From contig OZ316775.1 in the NCBI GenBank assembly GCA_973851085.1, forward strand, positions 4,092,001 to 4,156,000: a DNA stretch of 64,000 bases, read 5' to 3'. The position numbers and the translations under genes are program-made. The DNA comes from Ptychomitrium polyphyllum. Lineage: Eukaryota. Of the stretch, positions 1-19,339 are shown piece by piece. How positions within the stretch are numbered: position 1 is the stretch's first letter; each line of letters opens with the position of its first letter. Under the pieces are notes generated by a model, which saw only the letters and a list, made by a program, of their open reading frames with translations, was not told the origin of the DNA and made no database searches.

Positions 1-231
1 ATTCCCCAAATCACTTTTGAAAGAGTTCATCCTCCAAAGAATATGCATAACTCATATTCAAATATAAAAATCTAAAATTTTGCTGTCAGCATGTGCCACG
101 TCCACTCCAAACTGCTCTAGAAGCAATCCACATGACATGTCCGTACCGTCGAGCTTAAGCCACAAGTTCTCTATAGTCTGAAATATACTGCACATTCATG
201 GACAAGAAGCTAAAGCAAATTAAGTACCATC

Positions 232-1116
232 CTAGTTGGAAATACGGTCAGCACCCTTCTGAGCGTCCCTCTTCACATCGTCAGCAGTGTCGCGGGCAGA
301 GTCGCCAGCATCCTCAGCCTTCCTCTGCACGTCCTTTCCGACATCCTTCGCTGCGCCCGTTGCCTTGTCGGCGTTGCGCTTCACGGAGTCCCCGGCATCC
401 TCCAGCGCATTTTGCGCCTTGTCCTGAGCGCAACACAACCCCATCCATCTCAGTAACCGACAACTCGCTTCACTCCTCACACTTCTGCTGCCCACACTCT
501 GGGCGACCAACCACCACCTCGCTCCAAAATGCCACACCTCAAACCACCGGACCCTGGACGACCCACTCGGACACTCCGACCACACCGCACACGCCTCGCA
601 CCCACGTCACAAAACGGCAGACACACTTACACCAAGGTTCTCCGCCTCGCCCCGAGCGTCCCTGCTCGCATTCTTCGCACTCCCCTCCACGTCCCGCCCT
701 GCGTCCGCGGCCTTGTCGCCCAGCTTGCCGGCCTCGTTCTGCGCGTCCCGGCTCACGTCCTTCGCCTTGTCCTGCGCCTCGTCCGCCTTCCCGGACAGAT
801 AGTCTCCAGCGTCCTCCAGCTTGCCCTTGGTGGCTCCCGCGGCGTCCTGCACCTTGTCCTTGGCGTATCCCGCGGTCTCCTTCACCTTCCCCACTGCGCC
901 TCCCACCGCATTCTGCACCTTGTCCACCGCGTCCTCCGCGCGCACCACCACAGCGCCTCGGGCAGGCGCCCTCGCACTCACACCGGCATGGGCCACGTTC
1001 AGCCGGAACCCGCCGAGGCGGGAGGCGGACCCCAAGTGCACTTGGCTGGCGGTGGACGCCGCATTCAGAGCCTGCACTCCCGCAACGCTCACGCTCGCCA
1101 TCACGGTACTCGCCAT
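232..1116 (-). CDS. Group-3 LEA (LEA_4-like) protein with probable plastid transit peptide, copy 1; exons 1116-631 and 423-232 (~225 aa)
   Basis: Ala/Ser/Val/Arg-rich N-terminus ending ...AVVVRA, followed by A/D/K/E/G-rich ~11-mer repeats (DKVQDAAGATK, DKAQNALEDAG). GTAAGT donor at 630 and CAG acceptor at 424-426 join the exons in frame; TAG at 232-234. Confidence 0.85.
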
Positions 1117-1336
1117 TGTAGTCTACGGACGATAATCTAGGTGAGGCAAAACACTTGGAAGAATTCAGATAGAGAGTCCTACAGAACGATGAAGAGCAAA
1201 GAAAATCCTTGGCAGATGTCGATGGAGAATGGCGATGAAATGATTGGATATGGGAAGTGATATGCGACTTTGTTTCACAAGTGGCATGGATAGTGTCAGA
1301 GTGGACTCCGAAATCGAAAAGAACGTGTGCAACCTC

Positions 1337-1380
1337 GCCAAGTGTCTCGGCTGTGCAGGTATAGAAGTTACACCACGTGG
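1337..1380 (-). promoter_or_regulatory. ABRE/G-box module upstream of LEA copy 1
   Basis: CCACGTGG at 1373-1380 plus GCCAAGTGTCTCG at 1337. The same pair with the same spacing recurs upstream of copy 2. Confidence 0.55.
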
Positions 1381-2519
1381 TGGATTGTTGTGGGCGACGG
1401 TGAAGGGTGAAGATCATCGTCCGCTTGGAGGATGTCGATCTTGGGGGAGCAGTGTTCGGATAAGGTCTCTTCGCCGAAAGGCTTCACGTGTTTTGCTATG
1501 TCCGCCTCGGATTCAGACTACGATAGGATCCATAGGAGTGAGGTATTCAAGGAGTGCATTTGACGTCGACAGTACACTTGCTTGTATGCTATGAGTTTTT
1601 CAGCTTCAGAATGCTAGGTTATACTCAATTGAAATTTGTTGAAAGTACAAAGATTCCAATTTGTTCCAATTTTAAAGTTTGAGTTACTGGTAACTGGCCT
1701 GGAATGCTTATCTTGAAGCAGCTTCATTTGCAAACGTAAAATGTATTGCGCAAGTCATCATCGCTACGTCGACTATTCCAACGGGCTTTCAATGCTTAAA
1801 GTTTGGCATTTAAACGCACCACAGATTCTACATCTTTTTTTATCTGTTCTCATTTGGTGGCAAGTTCTATGTGGAAGGTGTAGAATACTCCAAAGGCTAT
1901 AAGAGGTAACTGCAGAGTAGAATACATCATTGTTTAAAGAGCCAAAGTAACGGTTGGCGCATTTAGGAGAGTGAGGACGTACACAATACCTACCTCATTT
2001 CTGTTCACGATTGTTGCAGGCTACACTTGGACTAGAGTCTGAGGAACTGTCAATATTCTCATTTTACAAGATAATTCTAGAGCACAGCAGTATTATTGTA
2101 CGACATATACGCATAAGATATGAAGCTTTAATACAACCGAAAATCTAAGTCCTACTTTTCTGTCATAATTAAGGTCCACACTTCCTTTTCTTATCATACA
2201 CATCCTTCTTTGCTTTACTCTCTAAAGTGCTTAACGTCATGTTGCGCTTCACTACGACACAGAAAGATTTCATGAAATTGTATCGGAACGATATATCTAC
2301 AACAAGAGCAAGCCATTTCATGATGACAGTAAAAGTTAACAAATTTGATCAAAAGTCATAATATAAAAACTACAAATTGATCTTTCCTTGAAAAAAATAA
2401 CAACTGAAAAGTTGTTCAAGTAGCAACCTCTCTCACAACCGCACGCTAATGATGCTGCACAGCTAAAACCGATAAAGTATTCACAATTAGTGCACACAGA
2501 AACCAAAGCCCTAACACAT

Positions 2520-3404
2520 CTAGTTGGAAATACGGTCAGCACCCTTCTGAGCGTCCCTCTTCACATCGTCAGCAGTGTCGCGGGCAGAGTCGCCAGCATC
2601 CTCAGCCTTCCTCTGCACGTCCTTTCCGACATCCTTCGCTGCGCCCGTTGCCTTGTCGGCGTTGCGCTTCACGGAGTCCCCGGCATCCTCCAGCGCATTT
2701 TGCGCCTTGTCCTGAGCGCAACACAACCCCATCCATCTCAGTAACCGACAACTCGCTTCACTCCTCACACTTCTGCTGCCCACACTCTGGGCGACCAACC
2801 ACCACCTCGCTCCAAAATGCCACACCTCAAACCACCGGACCCTGGACGACCCACTCGGACACTCCGACCACACCGCACACGCCTCGCACCCACGTCACAA
2901 AACGGCAGACACACTTACACCAAGGTTCTCCGCCTCGCCCCGAGCGTCCCTGCTCGCATTCTTCGCACTCCCCTCCACGTCCCGCCCTGCGTCCGCGGCC
3001 TTGTCGCCCAGCTTGCCGGCCTCGTTCTGCGCGTCCCGGCTCACGTCCTTCGCCTTGTCCTGCGCCTCGTCCGCCTTCCCGGACAGATAGTCTCCAGCGT
3101 CCTCCAGCTTGCCCTTGGTGGCTCCCGCGGCGTCCTGCACCTTGTCCTTGGCGTATCCCGCGGTCTCCTTCACCTTCCCCACTGCGCCTCCCACCGCATT
3201 CTGCACCTTGTCCACCGCGTCCTCCGCGCGCACCACCACAGCGCCTCGGGCAGGCGCCCTCGCACTCACACCGGCATGGGCCACGTTCAGCCGGAACCCG
3301 CCGAGGCGGGAGGCGGACCCCAAGTGCACTTGGCTGGCGGTGGACGCCGCATTCAGAGCCTGCACCCCCGCAACGCTCACGCTCGCCATCACGGTACTCG
3401 CCAT
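2520..3404 (-). CDS. Group-3 LEA protein, copy 2; exons 3404-2919 and 2711-2520
   Basis: Same sequence as copy 1 at offset +2288, with one synonymous difference seen (1078 T / 3366 C). Confidence 0.85.
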
Positions 3405-3634
3405 TGCTGAAAGAATTGAACTGGACACGCTGATACGCCAAGAAAGACTCGACCTCTAAGCAAGACTGATCGCCTGATAACACACCGGAAATGTTCTGGT
3501 AGCAAAGGAAATTGTATGACAGATGTCGATGTCGAAATGCAACGGAATGTCGACTTATGTAAGGCGCCTCGGGCGAGGGGAACGTCTTGGATACAAACCT
3601 GAGGTTGTGACTGAAAAGAACTCGAACATCGTCT

Positions 3635-3678
3635 GCCAAGTGGCTCGCAGTCTGCATAATCGACAAAGGTACACGTGG
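3635..3678 (-). promoter_or_regulatory. ABRE/G-box module upstream of LEA copy 2
   Basis: ACACGTGG at 3671-3678 plus GCCAAGTGGCTCG at 3635. Confidence 0.55.
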
Positions 3679-3899
3679 AGGTTGATGATTTGAGCTGATC
3701 AATCCATTGGCCACTTGGAAGACCCGAATCCGGTCTCCAGATAAGTCTCATCGAGAGTGATGTGTACTTAAACGCGTCACCATCCGGAAAACCGACGTTG
3801 AGGGGAGTCTTTCATATTTTAATTCGTTGATGTTGAAGGCATGAGCCTGGTTTGACAAACATTGTGCAGAAACGTCTTGAAGCTTCTAAATAATAGATT

Positions 3900-6800
3900 T
3901 GACGATTGAGTTATACTTTTTGGATATGGGAATTGTCCTTCTAATAAAAATTTGTTAAAAGGTTCATCTAAGATTTTTATGATACCATTGACTGCAAAGT
4001 GTTATGTTGGATAAATTTTGTAACTTTTATCAAAATAACGTAATTTTAAAACTAAGGTCTATGTTTGGCCAAAACGTCTTTAATGTTTAGTTTTTACTAA
4101 AAATGATGTTTGAAATTTTCTTTTGTGTTTTTGCAAAATCCAAACAATTTTTGCAATTTCAAACAATGGCTTTATTAAACCTACATATTATATCTTTTCA
4201 TGTAATGTATACTTTGCATTAAGACCTTTTTTTAAAACAACCATATTTTGAATAGAATTTCAGTTATACATTTATACAACCTTAAGTTTTATCTATGTAT
4301 TTTTTAAATCAAATTACTAATAATCCACTATTATCCAAGCATTTTAATTTGTAATGAATAAGAAATATATAGGAATCTTTTTTCTACTCTCAATAAAAAT
4401 AATCATGCATCACAATTTTTCTTAATATCAAAATTAATTGACCAATGTTTAAATGGTTTGGATTTTTACCACAATATTGTTGTTATATATTTTAGCCAAT
4501 ATATTAGAAGTACACTTTGCTAAAAACTATGAAAATTTCAATTTAAAAATTGCCATTTTGAATATGAAATTTAGAATTTATAATCATTCAAACTTTATAA
4601 GAATTTTGAAAGTTGAAATTTTCATATATAAATTCCATCTACAAAATCAAAGATTTTCAATTATTTTATAGTAAGTAACTTCATCAAAATTTCAAAATAT
4701 AGAATTTTAAAACTATCAATATTTTTTTGGTTGTTTAAAAGCTTAATGTGATTTTAATACATAAATTTAAAGATTTAGATTTTAAAACATTATTGAAACA
4801 TACTTACAAAGATGTAATTTGAAGTTGAATTTTTATTTTTATTTGCAAAATGCAAATTTGAAAATATTCTTATAAATAAAAAATAAGGATCTATTGGAAA
4901 AAATTTTAGGTACATGTAAAATCTCACATTTTTTCAATCAAAACTTAATCAATAATATCACCACTTTTTTTGTCTCATTTGTAATAATTATTAAACCACA
5001 TACTTTAATGACAAACAATTTATCAACTTGATTGAGAATGTTGCATTTTAATCATTCATTTGTTTTATGAAGTGAATAGGATAAATTAAAAAGTTACACT
5101 ATTGTAATTGTCATACTATATAGTATGAAACCTCTGAAAAACTTTAATTTGATAATTTTATTAAATGGAATAATTTTGAACTTAACAATAAGCTTTATTA
5201 AATAAAAATTCTAGGATTTGAATGCTAGAATAATAATTAAATACAATAATGTATCATCTATTTTTTTTAAAATTAAATTGAAAAAAAAATTCCATTTGTT
5301 AATTTTTATATCAAAATATACATTATCTCAAAGTTTCTTTGTAGTTATGATGTACTACTAATGATTACTTCTAACAATATTTATTAGCATTGCAATTTTG
5401 CTATGGCCATTTATAAATTCATTTTGGATAAACAACTAATTTGGTTGTCACAAAACATAATTTTATCAGATGCCAAAATTATCATATTTCATTAATACGT
5501 ACTTCTATTTTATAATATCATGATAAAATTGTTGCCAAACTTTTTATTACTAATAATCTTTTTTTAACTCTAATTAAAAAGTTTGTAAAAAAACTTATTA
5601 CATTAAAGTTCTTTAAAGATTTTTGATAAAATTTACTTGTAAAAAGAAGATTTTGCTAATACAAGTATATACTTTAATTTATATTTGCAATAAACATCTC
5701 AAAGAAGAATACAAAATTACTTGTAAGAAATATATGAAATTAAATTTATTTTTAAATGATTATAATAAGCACCATGCTTTTTAATTAAAATTTAAAATAA
5801 ATTATTAATTAATTTTTTGAATTAGAGATTTAATTTGACATGTTGTATTTAAATATAAAGATTAGAATCATTTAGGTCGAAATGAAATATTATCTATAAT
5901 ATCTAATAATCTTGAACATATTTCATCATAATCAAATTACTACAAACATTATATTAAATACTTTTGATTATAATTAAACATTATCCATTTGAAAGAATGA
6001 AAATTCAAAAGTAATCTAATAAGCATATAATCTTTTGTTTTGCTCTCATGCTTATAATTATGATTTTAGGATTTTTTTGTATTTATAATAAAGCTAATTA
6101 TAAAACAATGAAACATAGTTGGTTATAGAATTATATATGGTCTCATCAATACAATATTTTATACTTGTTTATTCTTAACTTTGTAAATAATTTCAAATAA
6201 GATATGAAAATAGTTAATTTAATATTATTTAATTAAAACAACCGTCTAATAATGAAATGTATTTAACATCTTAAACAAAAAATTATATATCAAATATTCA
6301 TGCAATACCTTCCATTATCTATTATGCAGTGACTAGATCTATTTTTAAATATTTAAGGTAGTTTTAAATGATGAATTGTAATGAAAGCAAGAAAGAAGCA
6401 ATTCTAAAGAAGACAAAGAAAACAAGTGTAGAAAGGAGGAAAGAAAGGTGTAGAAAAAGAAGATCATCTAGAAGGTTTTCATTCTAAAAAAAGTAGCGTT
6501 TGAGTACATGAAAAATGTTAATATGATTTGAGATTTGGAGTAGAGTTTGAACAAGGAATATATAATTGAAAATGAGTTAAATTTTTTTGTGGTATATGTA
6601 GCTATTTGCTTTGCATAAAAAAATCATTTTGTACAAGTCTAGATCTATTAGTCATTAGGCATCTATGAAAAACCTAAGAAATCATTAAAACCTAAATATT
6701 TATAAATCTTAGAGGCATAAGACTTATTATGTGTTTATAATAGAATTATAAAATTCTTTTACTTATTTGTACTAATACAAATATATACACATAAATTTTG

Positions 6801-8700
6801 AATAGATAAATGAAAATCAAATTTATTTAATTAAAATAAATGAGAAATATTTTCTTTTAATTTTGAAATGTATATTTTAAATATTATTTCTACTTTATAA
6901 TGATGTATTATACATGTATTTTATTTACATCGACAACTTCCAACTATAAATGTGCAAGTAAATAATCTTAAAATACATCAAAAAAATATAATTTCTTTTT
7001 AAAAAGTAAATAATAAAGATGTTCAAATTTAACAAACTTATTATAACTTAATTTTAAATAAAATTTTAAGGAATTAGTATCACTTTCTTTTTACAAGAAT
7101 AAATTTTGTTTGAAGTAATCAGAATAAAGATTATAATTTTTGCAATAGCATCTTAGTCAAATTCAACTCAAACTGCAACTCAAATTTATAGTAAAACCAT
7201 ATAGAATTTATATATCACCTAAAATTAGCAGCAAACACCTTTATGTTTGAATCTCAAATTCATCACTAAAAAACTTCCATTTTTGGCATGGCAATCAATT
7301 ATTGAGCTAATTAGGATTAAAAGCAGAATCTCCTTAATTAAAACTTTCTTTGGAATCACTAATATAGAAGCAACAATTCTTCAATTCAAGATTCCATTTC
7401 TTTTACACGCAATTTTTTATATGCCATTTCACCACATAAATACATCAATGCTATCAAATTATTTTCATTCTATTAGATTTTTCATATATAGAATCTAATA
7501 TCCTAATATTACTTTATTATAATTATAAAATCTCTTAAATATATTTGAAACATTTGCCTTCTACAAGCAATTTTATTTTAATAGGATGGAAAACAAATTA
7601 ACCTTTGTATGGCTAAAGTTTTTCTACACGTTTGTTATTATGTCATATAAGGATTATTTGAATATTACATTGATACTAGTAAGATACTTATATAGTACAT
7701 ATTTAATACTTCAAAGAAATTTTGTTAGATATCTTTGCAATATTAAGATGGAATGTTCTTTTGTATATTGTGTTAAAGTTTTAAAATGGAATAAGAGTTT
7801 CTTGTATACAAAATATTCAAGCAAGTTAATAGAAAATTACATCCATGTTCCAACAAAGGGCTTTTTGCATTAATACATGGATGATGGAATGAACAAGCTC
7901 AAGTTTTCAAATGATAAGAATAACATTAACAACTTGGTATTGAAATAATAAAAATAATAAGATGCATTTGTCAATAGAGAATGTGAATTTGAAGAGAAGA
8001 AAGAAGTGGTCTAAATCTACCATTGGCATGTATATTTGGAATTTTTTTAAATTTATATTTATCATTTGTTATATATACTATTATACTTTCTATTATACAC
8101 ATTTTTCTTTGAGTTTTGTCATGGTTGTAATCTTGAACTATTATTCTATACATATACTTTTGTAATATTGTAAGAGCAAGTGAAATTTAGTTAAAAAAGA
8201 AAATGGATTTTAAAAAAGGATGAATTTGAAGAAGAGATGGAGTTGAAGAAGAGATGGAGTTGAAGAAGAGATATGTTTGGAGGATTATGATGAAGTAACA
8301 TTAAAGAAGTTCAAAATATGAGTTGTGTATTCATATGAAAATGTCATTTCCAAATCTAATTGATATGTGCTTGATTGAGTAATATGAACAATAAACATGA
8401 TATAGCACAATGAATGAATGAATAAATGATTTTGTGGCTAAAATGTTATATAATCACATATCAATTTAGATTCTTTTCTCAAAAAAATAAAAAACAATTA
8501 TCACTTTTTGACATTAAAAGGAAAGAAACCAAAATAATTAGTTTTCCATTATTTGTTATTTTATTTAGATTTGAAACTTTATCTTATGGGAATTTTCAAC
8601 ATGGAAAGAAATAGGTTTCAATATAATCATGTGTATGCCAAGTCTAAAAATAGACACAAATAATTATTTTCTTATAAAGGGACAAAATGGTCATAACAAC
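3900..8700. mobile_element. Very AT-rich, CpG-depleted island; probable decayed transposon DNA with a possible hAT transposase C-terminal relic at ~7.6-8.3 kb
   Basis: Abrupt compositional shift and almost no CG dinucleotides. ORF 7586-7873 (LQRNFVRYL..ECSFVYC..WNKSFLYTKYSSKL..ENYIHV) loosely follows the hAT dimerisation pattern and is followed by an acidic GAA-rich tract. Confidence 0.4.
8226..8272 (+). repeat. 17-bp tandem repeat TTGAAGAAGAGATGGAG, ~2.7 copies
   Basis: Directly visible in the sequence. Confidence 0.8.
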
Positions 8701-9357
8701 CTTTACCAATGTTTACCAATAGGAACCTCACCTCCTTGTAAGAGACTATCATAGGTACCATATCAGTTGCCTTGCTAAAGAATGTAATGTAAAGATACTC
8801 CACTGCAAACCAGAACCGTGTCGCCTGTGAATGCAGGATCTCTTCCAGAAACCGAACGGTCATAGGCTCCCTCCCCAACCTTACCACTATTTTACAACCC
8901 GGTGGAGTCACGACCTTCATCACCACCAGCTACAACTATCATCCACATTCCCACGCTGAGTGGCACCAATCCCCGTCACACAGTCATCCACACTGCCGCA
9001 TCCACACAGCACTTGAGAGGCTACGCATAGATCCACAGCGCCAATCCTCTCTTTCGACGCTCTTTCGTCGCTACATCGACCAAATCTACAGCTTTTGTAC
9101 ATCCCACCTCACAAACCGTGCTGTCGCCGCTGTGGTCCGCCCTCGCACTGCACGAGCACCGCCTCCCTTTTCCAGTATGCGCCTTGGAGAGTGTCACTTT
9201 CCTCCAAATCCTGGCTTGGGGGCTCCGCATCCCTTAAAGGTTTCGTCTCTGGAGCTGTGGTGAAGTCACAAAGGTGACAGCTTGGGGCCAGAACTTGCAC
9301 CTTGCATCGTAAAGCCTGGACCTTGCGTTGCGTTGCAGAGGTTGGAGCTTTGGAGTG

Positions 9358-10637
9358 ATGGCGCAGCAAGGGAAGGAGGGTTACTATGGGACGTTCCACA
9401 ACCAGCAGGGTATGCCGCAGCCTGTGCCGCCTAGCCAAGCGCCGTACTACAACCAGGGCGGCTACAGTCAATCTGTTCCAGGTGGGTCAAACTCTCCCAT
9501 GGTTACACCTTTGGTGTAAATTTGGAATATGTGGTGTGGACATAGGGCTAGGGTGGGCAAGGGTGTAGTGGGAAAAGATGCTTCATTTAGGACAACCTCT
9601 TTAAGTTGTCATTTTCTTCTTGCAGGTTTGTAAATTTGGGAGGTTTCAGCTTGTTTAGGTTCTATGTTATGCTTTATGGTTATAGGAGTGTGTTTGTTGA
9701 GTTTCTGGTTGAGTTGTGTGTTTTTTGTGGGGTGGGAGTGTGTTTTAAGATGTGCATGACGATGGGAGTTTTGCTTTTAAATGATGTGTGACGTGTGTTG
9801 TGTTTGTTGGTGAGTATAGTAGTTGATGATAGTTTTAGGGGATTGTTTGTGTTGGTTGGTGTAGTTGAAGAGAAGATTTGTTTTTTATTGTCATTTTTGT
9901 GGTCGGTTTGGAGGATTAGGTTCAAATACAGTTGCTGAACTTTTATTTGCATGTTGGCTTTACAGGGTATCCTATTGATGGATCCATGGAAGATAATCCG
10001 AACAGAAGAACATACGATTCGGATCCTTTGCCCTTCTGTGGTCTTGGCTTTGGGTGGTTTTTGTAAGTATTGAAGTCTTGTGAAATTATCTTATACTCTT
10101 CAAGGATGGTTTGTGTCAGTTTATCGTATAACTGGTTTTGTATGGTGTTCTTTGGGTGACGAGGCTACACATGATCGGTGAGTCTTACATTATTCTCATG
10201 TGGTCGTTGGACAACTTTGGTCAGGTTTATTCTGGGGTTTTTCATAGCTTCAGTACCGTGGTACGTTGGAGCTTTCATTTTCTTCTGTCTCAGCTATGAC
10301 CACAGGGAGTCGACTGGCCTGACGGCTTGCGCTATTGCGGTACTTGTCTGACCTTGCCGCACGAAATTGTTTATAAGGGTTTCAGATTTCAGTGCAGATA
10401 AAGATTGACATTGGCTCAGAGATGTTAGGAAGAGCAGTAGCAGTCATGTTTCTATCCAGCATGATTTTGAAGGCAGTTTGCAAAGGAAAGCATGGCTCTG
10501 CAGATGTTAATGAAAATGTGCTTATTAAAGAATGATTTTTGTTAAAGAATGATCATTGTTCTGTGGTTTTGCAGGCATTGGTGTTCATGATATTTGGAGG
10601 ATCACAGGTGGCTAATCACAACTTGGGGTTGTTTTAG
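9358..10637 (+). CDS. Small plant membrane protein of the family annotated '60S ribosomal protein L18a-like' (not a true RPL18a); 4 exons
   Basis: Spliced translation MAQQGKEGYYGTF...PLPFCGLGFGWFLFILGFFIASVPWYVGAFIFFCLSYDHRESTGLTACAIAALVFMIFGG...LF*. Matches the family motif LPxCGxGxGWxLF..PWYVGA..DxRExxG. All introns are GT-AG. Confidence 0.8.
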
Positions 10638-11504
10638 TTATAAGAAGAGGCTGATTACTAGCCTCATTGTACGTTATTGTCATCAGCTTTTAGTTTGTAC
10701 ATAGTATTATACATAATATTATTGCTCTGTTCTGCCAAAAGTGACCAATATATATCGAGCGGAAAGTTATGCAATTCTGACGATGCTTCTCCGATTGTAG
10801 TTTGATCCGTATATGATTGAATACTAAATTCAGCAATCTACAGGTGGTAGATACATGTGCACTTTGTGGTGCATCTACTATATACCCAGTACAATGTCAG
10901 GCTTCTAAAGTGAAGTTGGTTCTTATTCCTCCACATTTTACTGTTAAATTTATTTTCTTACTATTTCTCTACAGTTTACTTTCAGACCTGCACATTCTGG
11001 CAGTTGGCAGCAATAACTTCTATGAAATATCGGTCATACATGAAAGCCATGAGTTTTAGTAACGTTTGCAGTTCGGAAATTTCAATTTGACATACAGGGA
11101 CCAAAAAGTTTGGCACCACCTGGTTTAGTCCAGAGACGTCGGCACGTCACCAGACCAAATTGAGTGTCCACTTTCTTTACACTATATACACTTGATTTAG
11201 TCTAAAAACTTATGTGGACAAGTTGTTACGTAGTGGAGTATGAAAATTTGTGCAATCCGTAGCAAAGATTTAAAAAACAGTATATCTCCATGTAGTACAC
11301 GCTAGAGTCAGCGTGTGTAGGTTATATCAACACATGCCTACAAGTAGCACACGTTCTGTTAATTATGATACTCAAGTACATTCAGGCCTAATTATGAACG
11401 ATCATGAATATATTCAAGAATGCACAAAGAGGCTGTCAAAACGTCGCACAACTTTTTGGTAAATTTCTAGCGAGCGGTGATATGTACAAACTTGCTAGAA
11501 AACT

Positions 11505-18076
<6,572 letters not shown>

Positions 18077-18857
18077 GGCTTAATAGCTTCTGAAGCTGCC
18101 AAGTAGAACATTAAGCCGAATGAACCTACACGTCAACTGAAAAAAATGAACAAATGCACTCCTCTCTCATTCCCAATTTGGAATTTTACTCCAACCTCAG
18201 ATCACAAGGCGACATCAATGTCGACATTTCACCTAACCAGAACAAAAGCACCAACATTCAGGTCTCCTCACAAAGCTAGCAATCTCTCACAAAGATGTAC
18301 TAGAACTGAGCTCCGTGAAATCTTACATCAACCTCACGTCATCCTACCTTCACTGCCAAAGCAAGCACCTGCAATCTTCCGCACAAGGACATGACTCTTC
18401 ACCTGATCATCATGTCGCTGAGAATTCATCCGAATTCCTCGCACCCCCTGCCAAATTTCGACATTGACGAGTTACCGATGAATGCATCCCTCCTGTAAGC
18501 CACAATTTTGTCACCCAATCACACACTCTGAGGTTCTCATCTATGCGCATATCAATCACACACCAAACAGAAACCCTCCTCCAACAGAAACTGCTGCCAA
18601 GATAACAAGAGGTAGGGTCTTCACCGTCACTCTTGAAGCACTCACACTGCCACCGCCATCACAGATTGAGAGTCCTCTACAGAAAACGCCAAACCCGTCC
18701 AGAACCCTTCGTTGGAAAGCTCCCTGAGAACCCAGATTCAACCAGATCTAGTTCTGCCAGAAAACGGTTCGTCCACGCGACCCACTTCGTGTGCCAGCGA
18801 TTTGCGGGAACAGGGTTTTAGTCGCAAGTGAAGCTTGAAGAACAAACCACAGCGGTG

Positions 18858-18865
18858 GCGGGAAA
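18858..18865 (-). promoter_or_regulatory. Canonical E2F site (TTTCCCGC) in the MCM9/DSN1 divergent intergenic region
   Basis: GCGGGAAA on the + strand, lying between two divergent chromosome-cycle genes. Confidence 0.5.
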
Positions 18866-19339
18866 AGCTCTCACGACGCACCCCAGCTTCCCCGGGAGTC
18901 TGGTTTCCGTAACCTGAACGACTTTCATCCACACGAGCGAGTGCAAGGATTTCACACACCGTTGCAAGAATTTTCTTCGGCATGGCAGAGCACCCAACTC
19001 ATTGTTCGCTCAAACCATTGCCGAGAGTGATTGGAATGCGCACTTGGGGTTCTTCTCGCACGATGGTGATGAAGAACAGCGGCGGCACCACCATTGGGTT
19101 TTGGGGGTGTGAGTCGGTTGCATGGACCGTGAGCTCGCTTTCTGTTTGTTGGAATTCGTTGCAGGAACGCCGTGACGGGAGTGGAGCCCTTGGTGCGATG
19201 GGTTTGGGGTTTTGTGGAAGACTGCAGTAGAGAGCTCAGGTGCTGGCGTTAATAAGAGTCTTTGGACGATGACAGGTTTGTTAGTTTTGTGGGAGCAGGA
19301 GTAAGAGGCGAACCGGGGAGCGCCTGAGCGTTGCTAACC

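Noticed and set aside
198..3751. Long alternative-frame and antisense ORFs over the LEA genes
   Set aside because: By-products of high GC content and codon bias; low-complexity Pro/Arg/Gly translations with no independent support.
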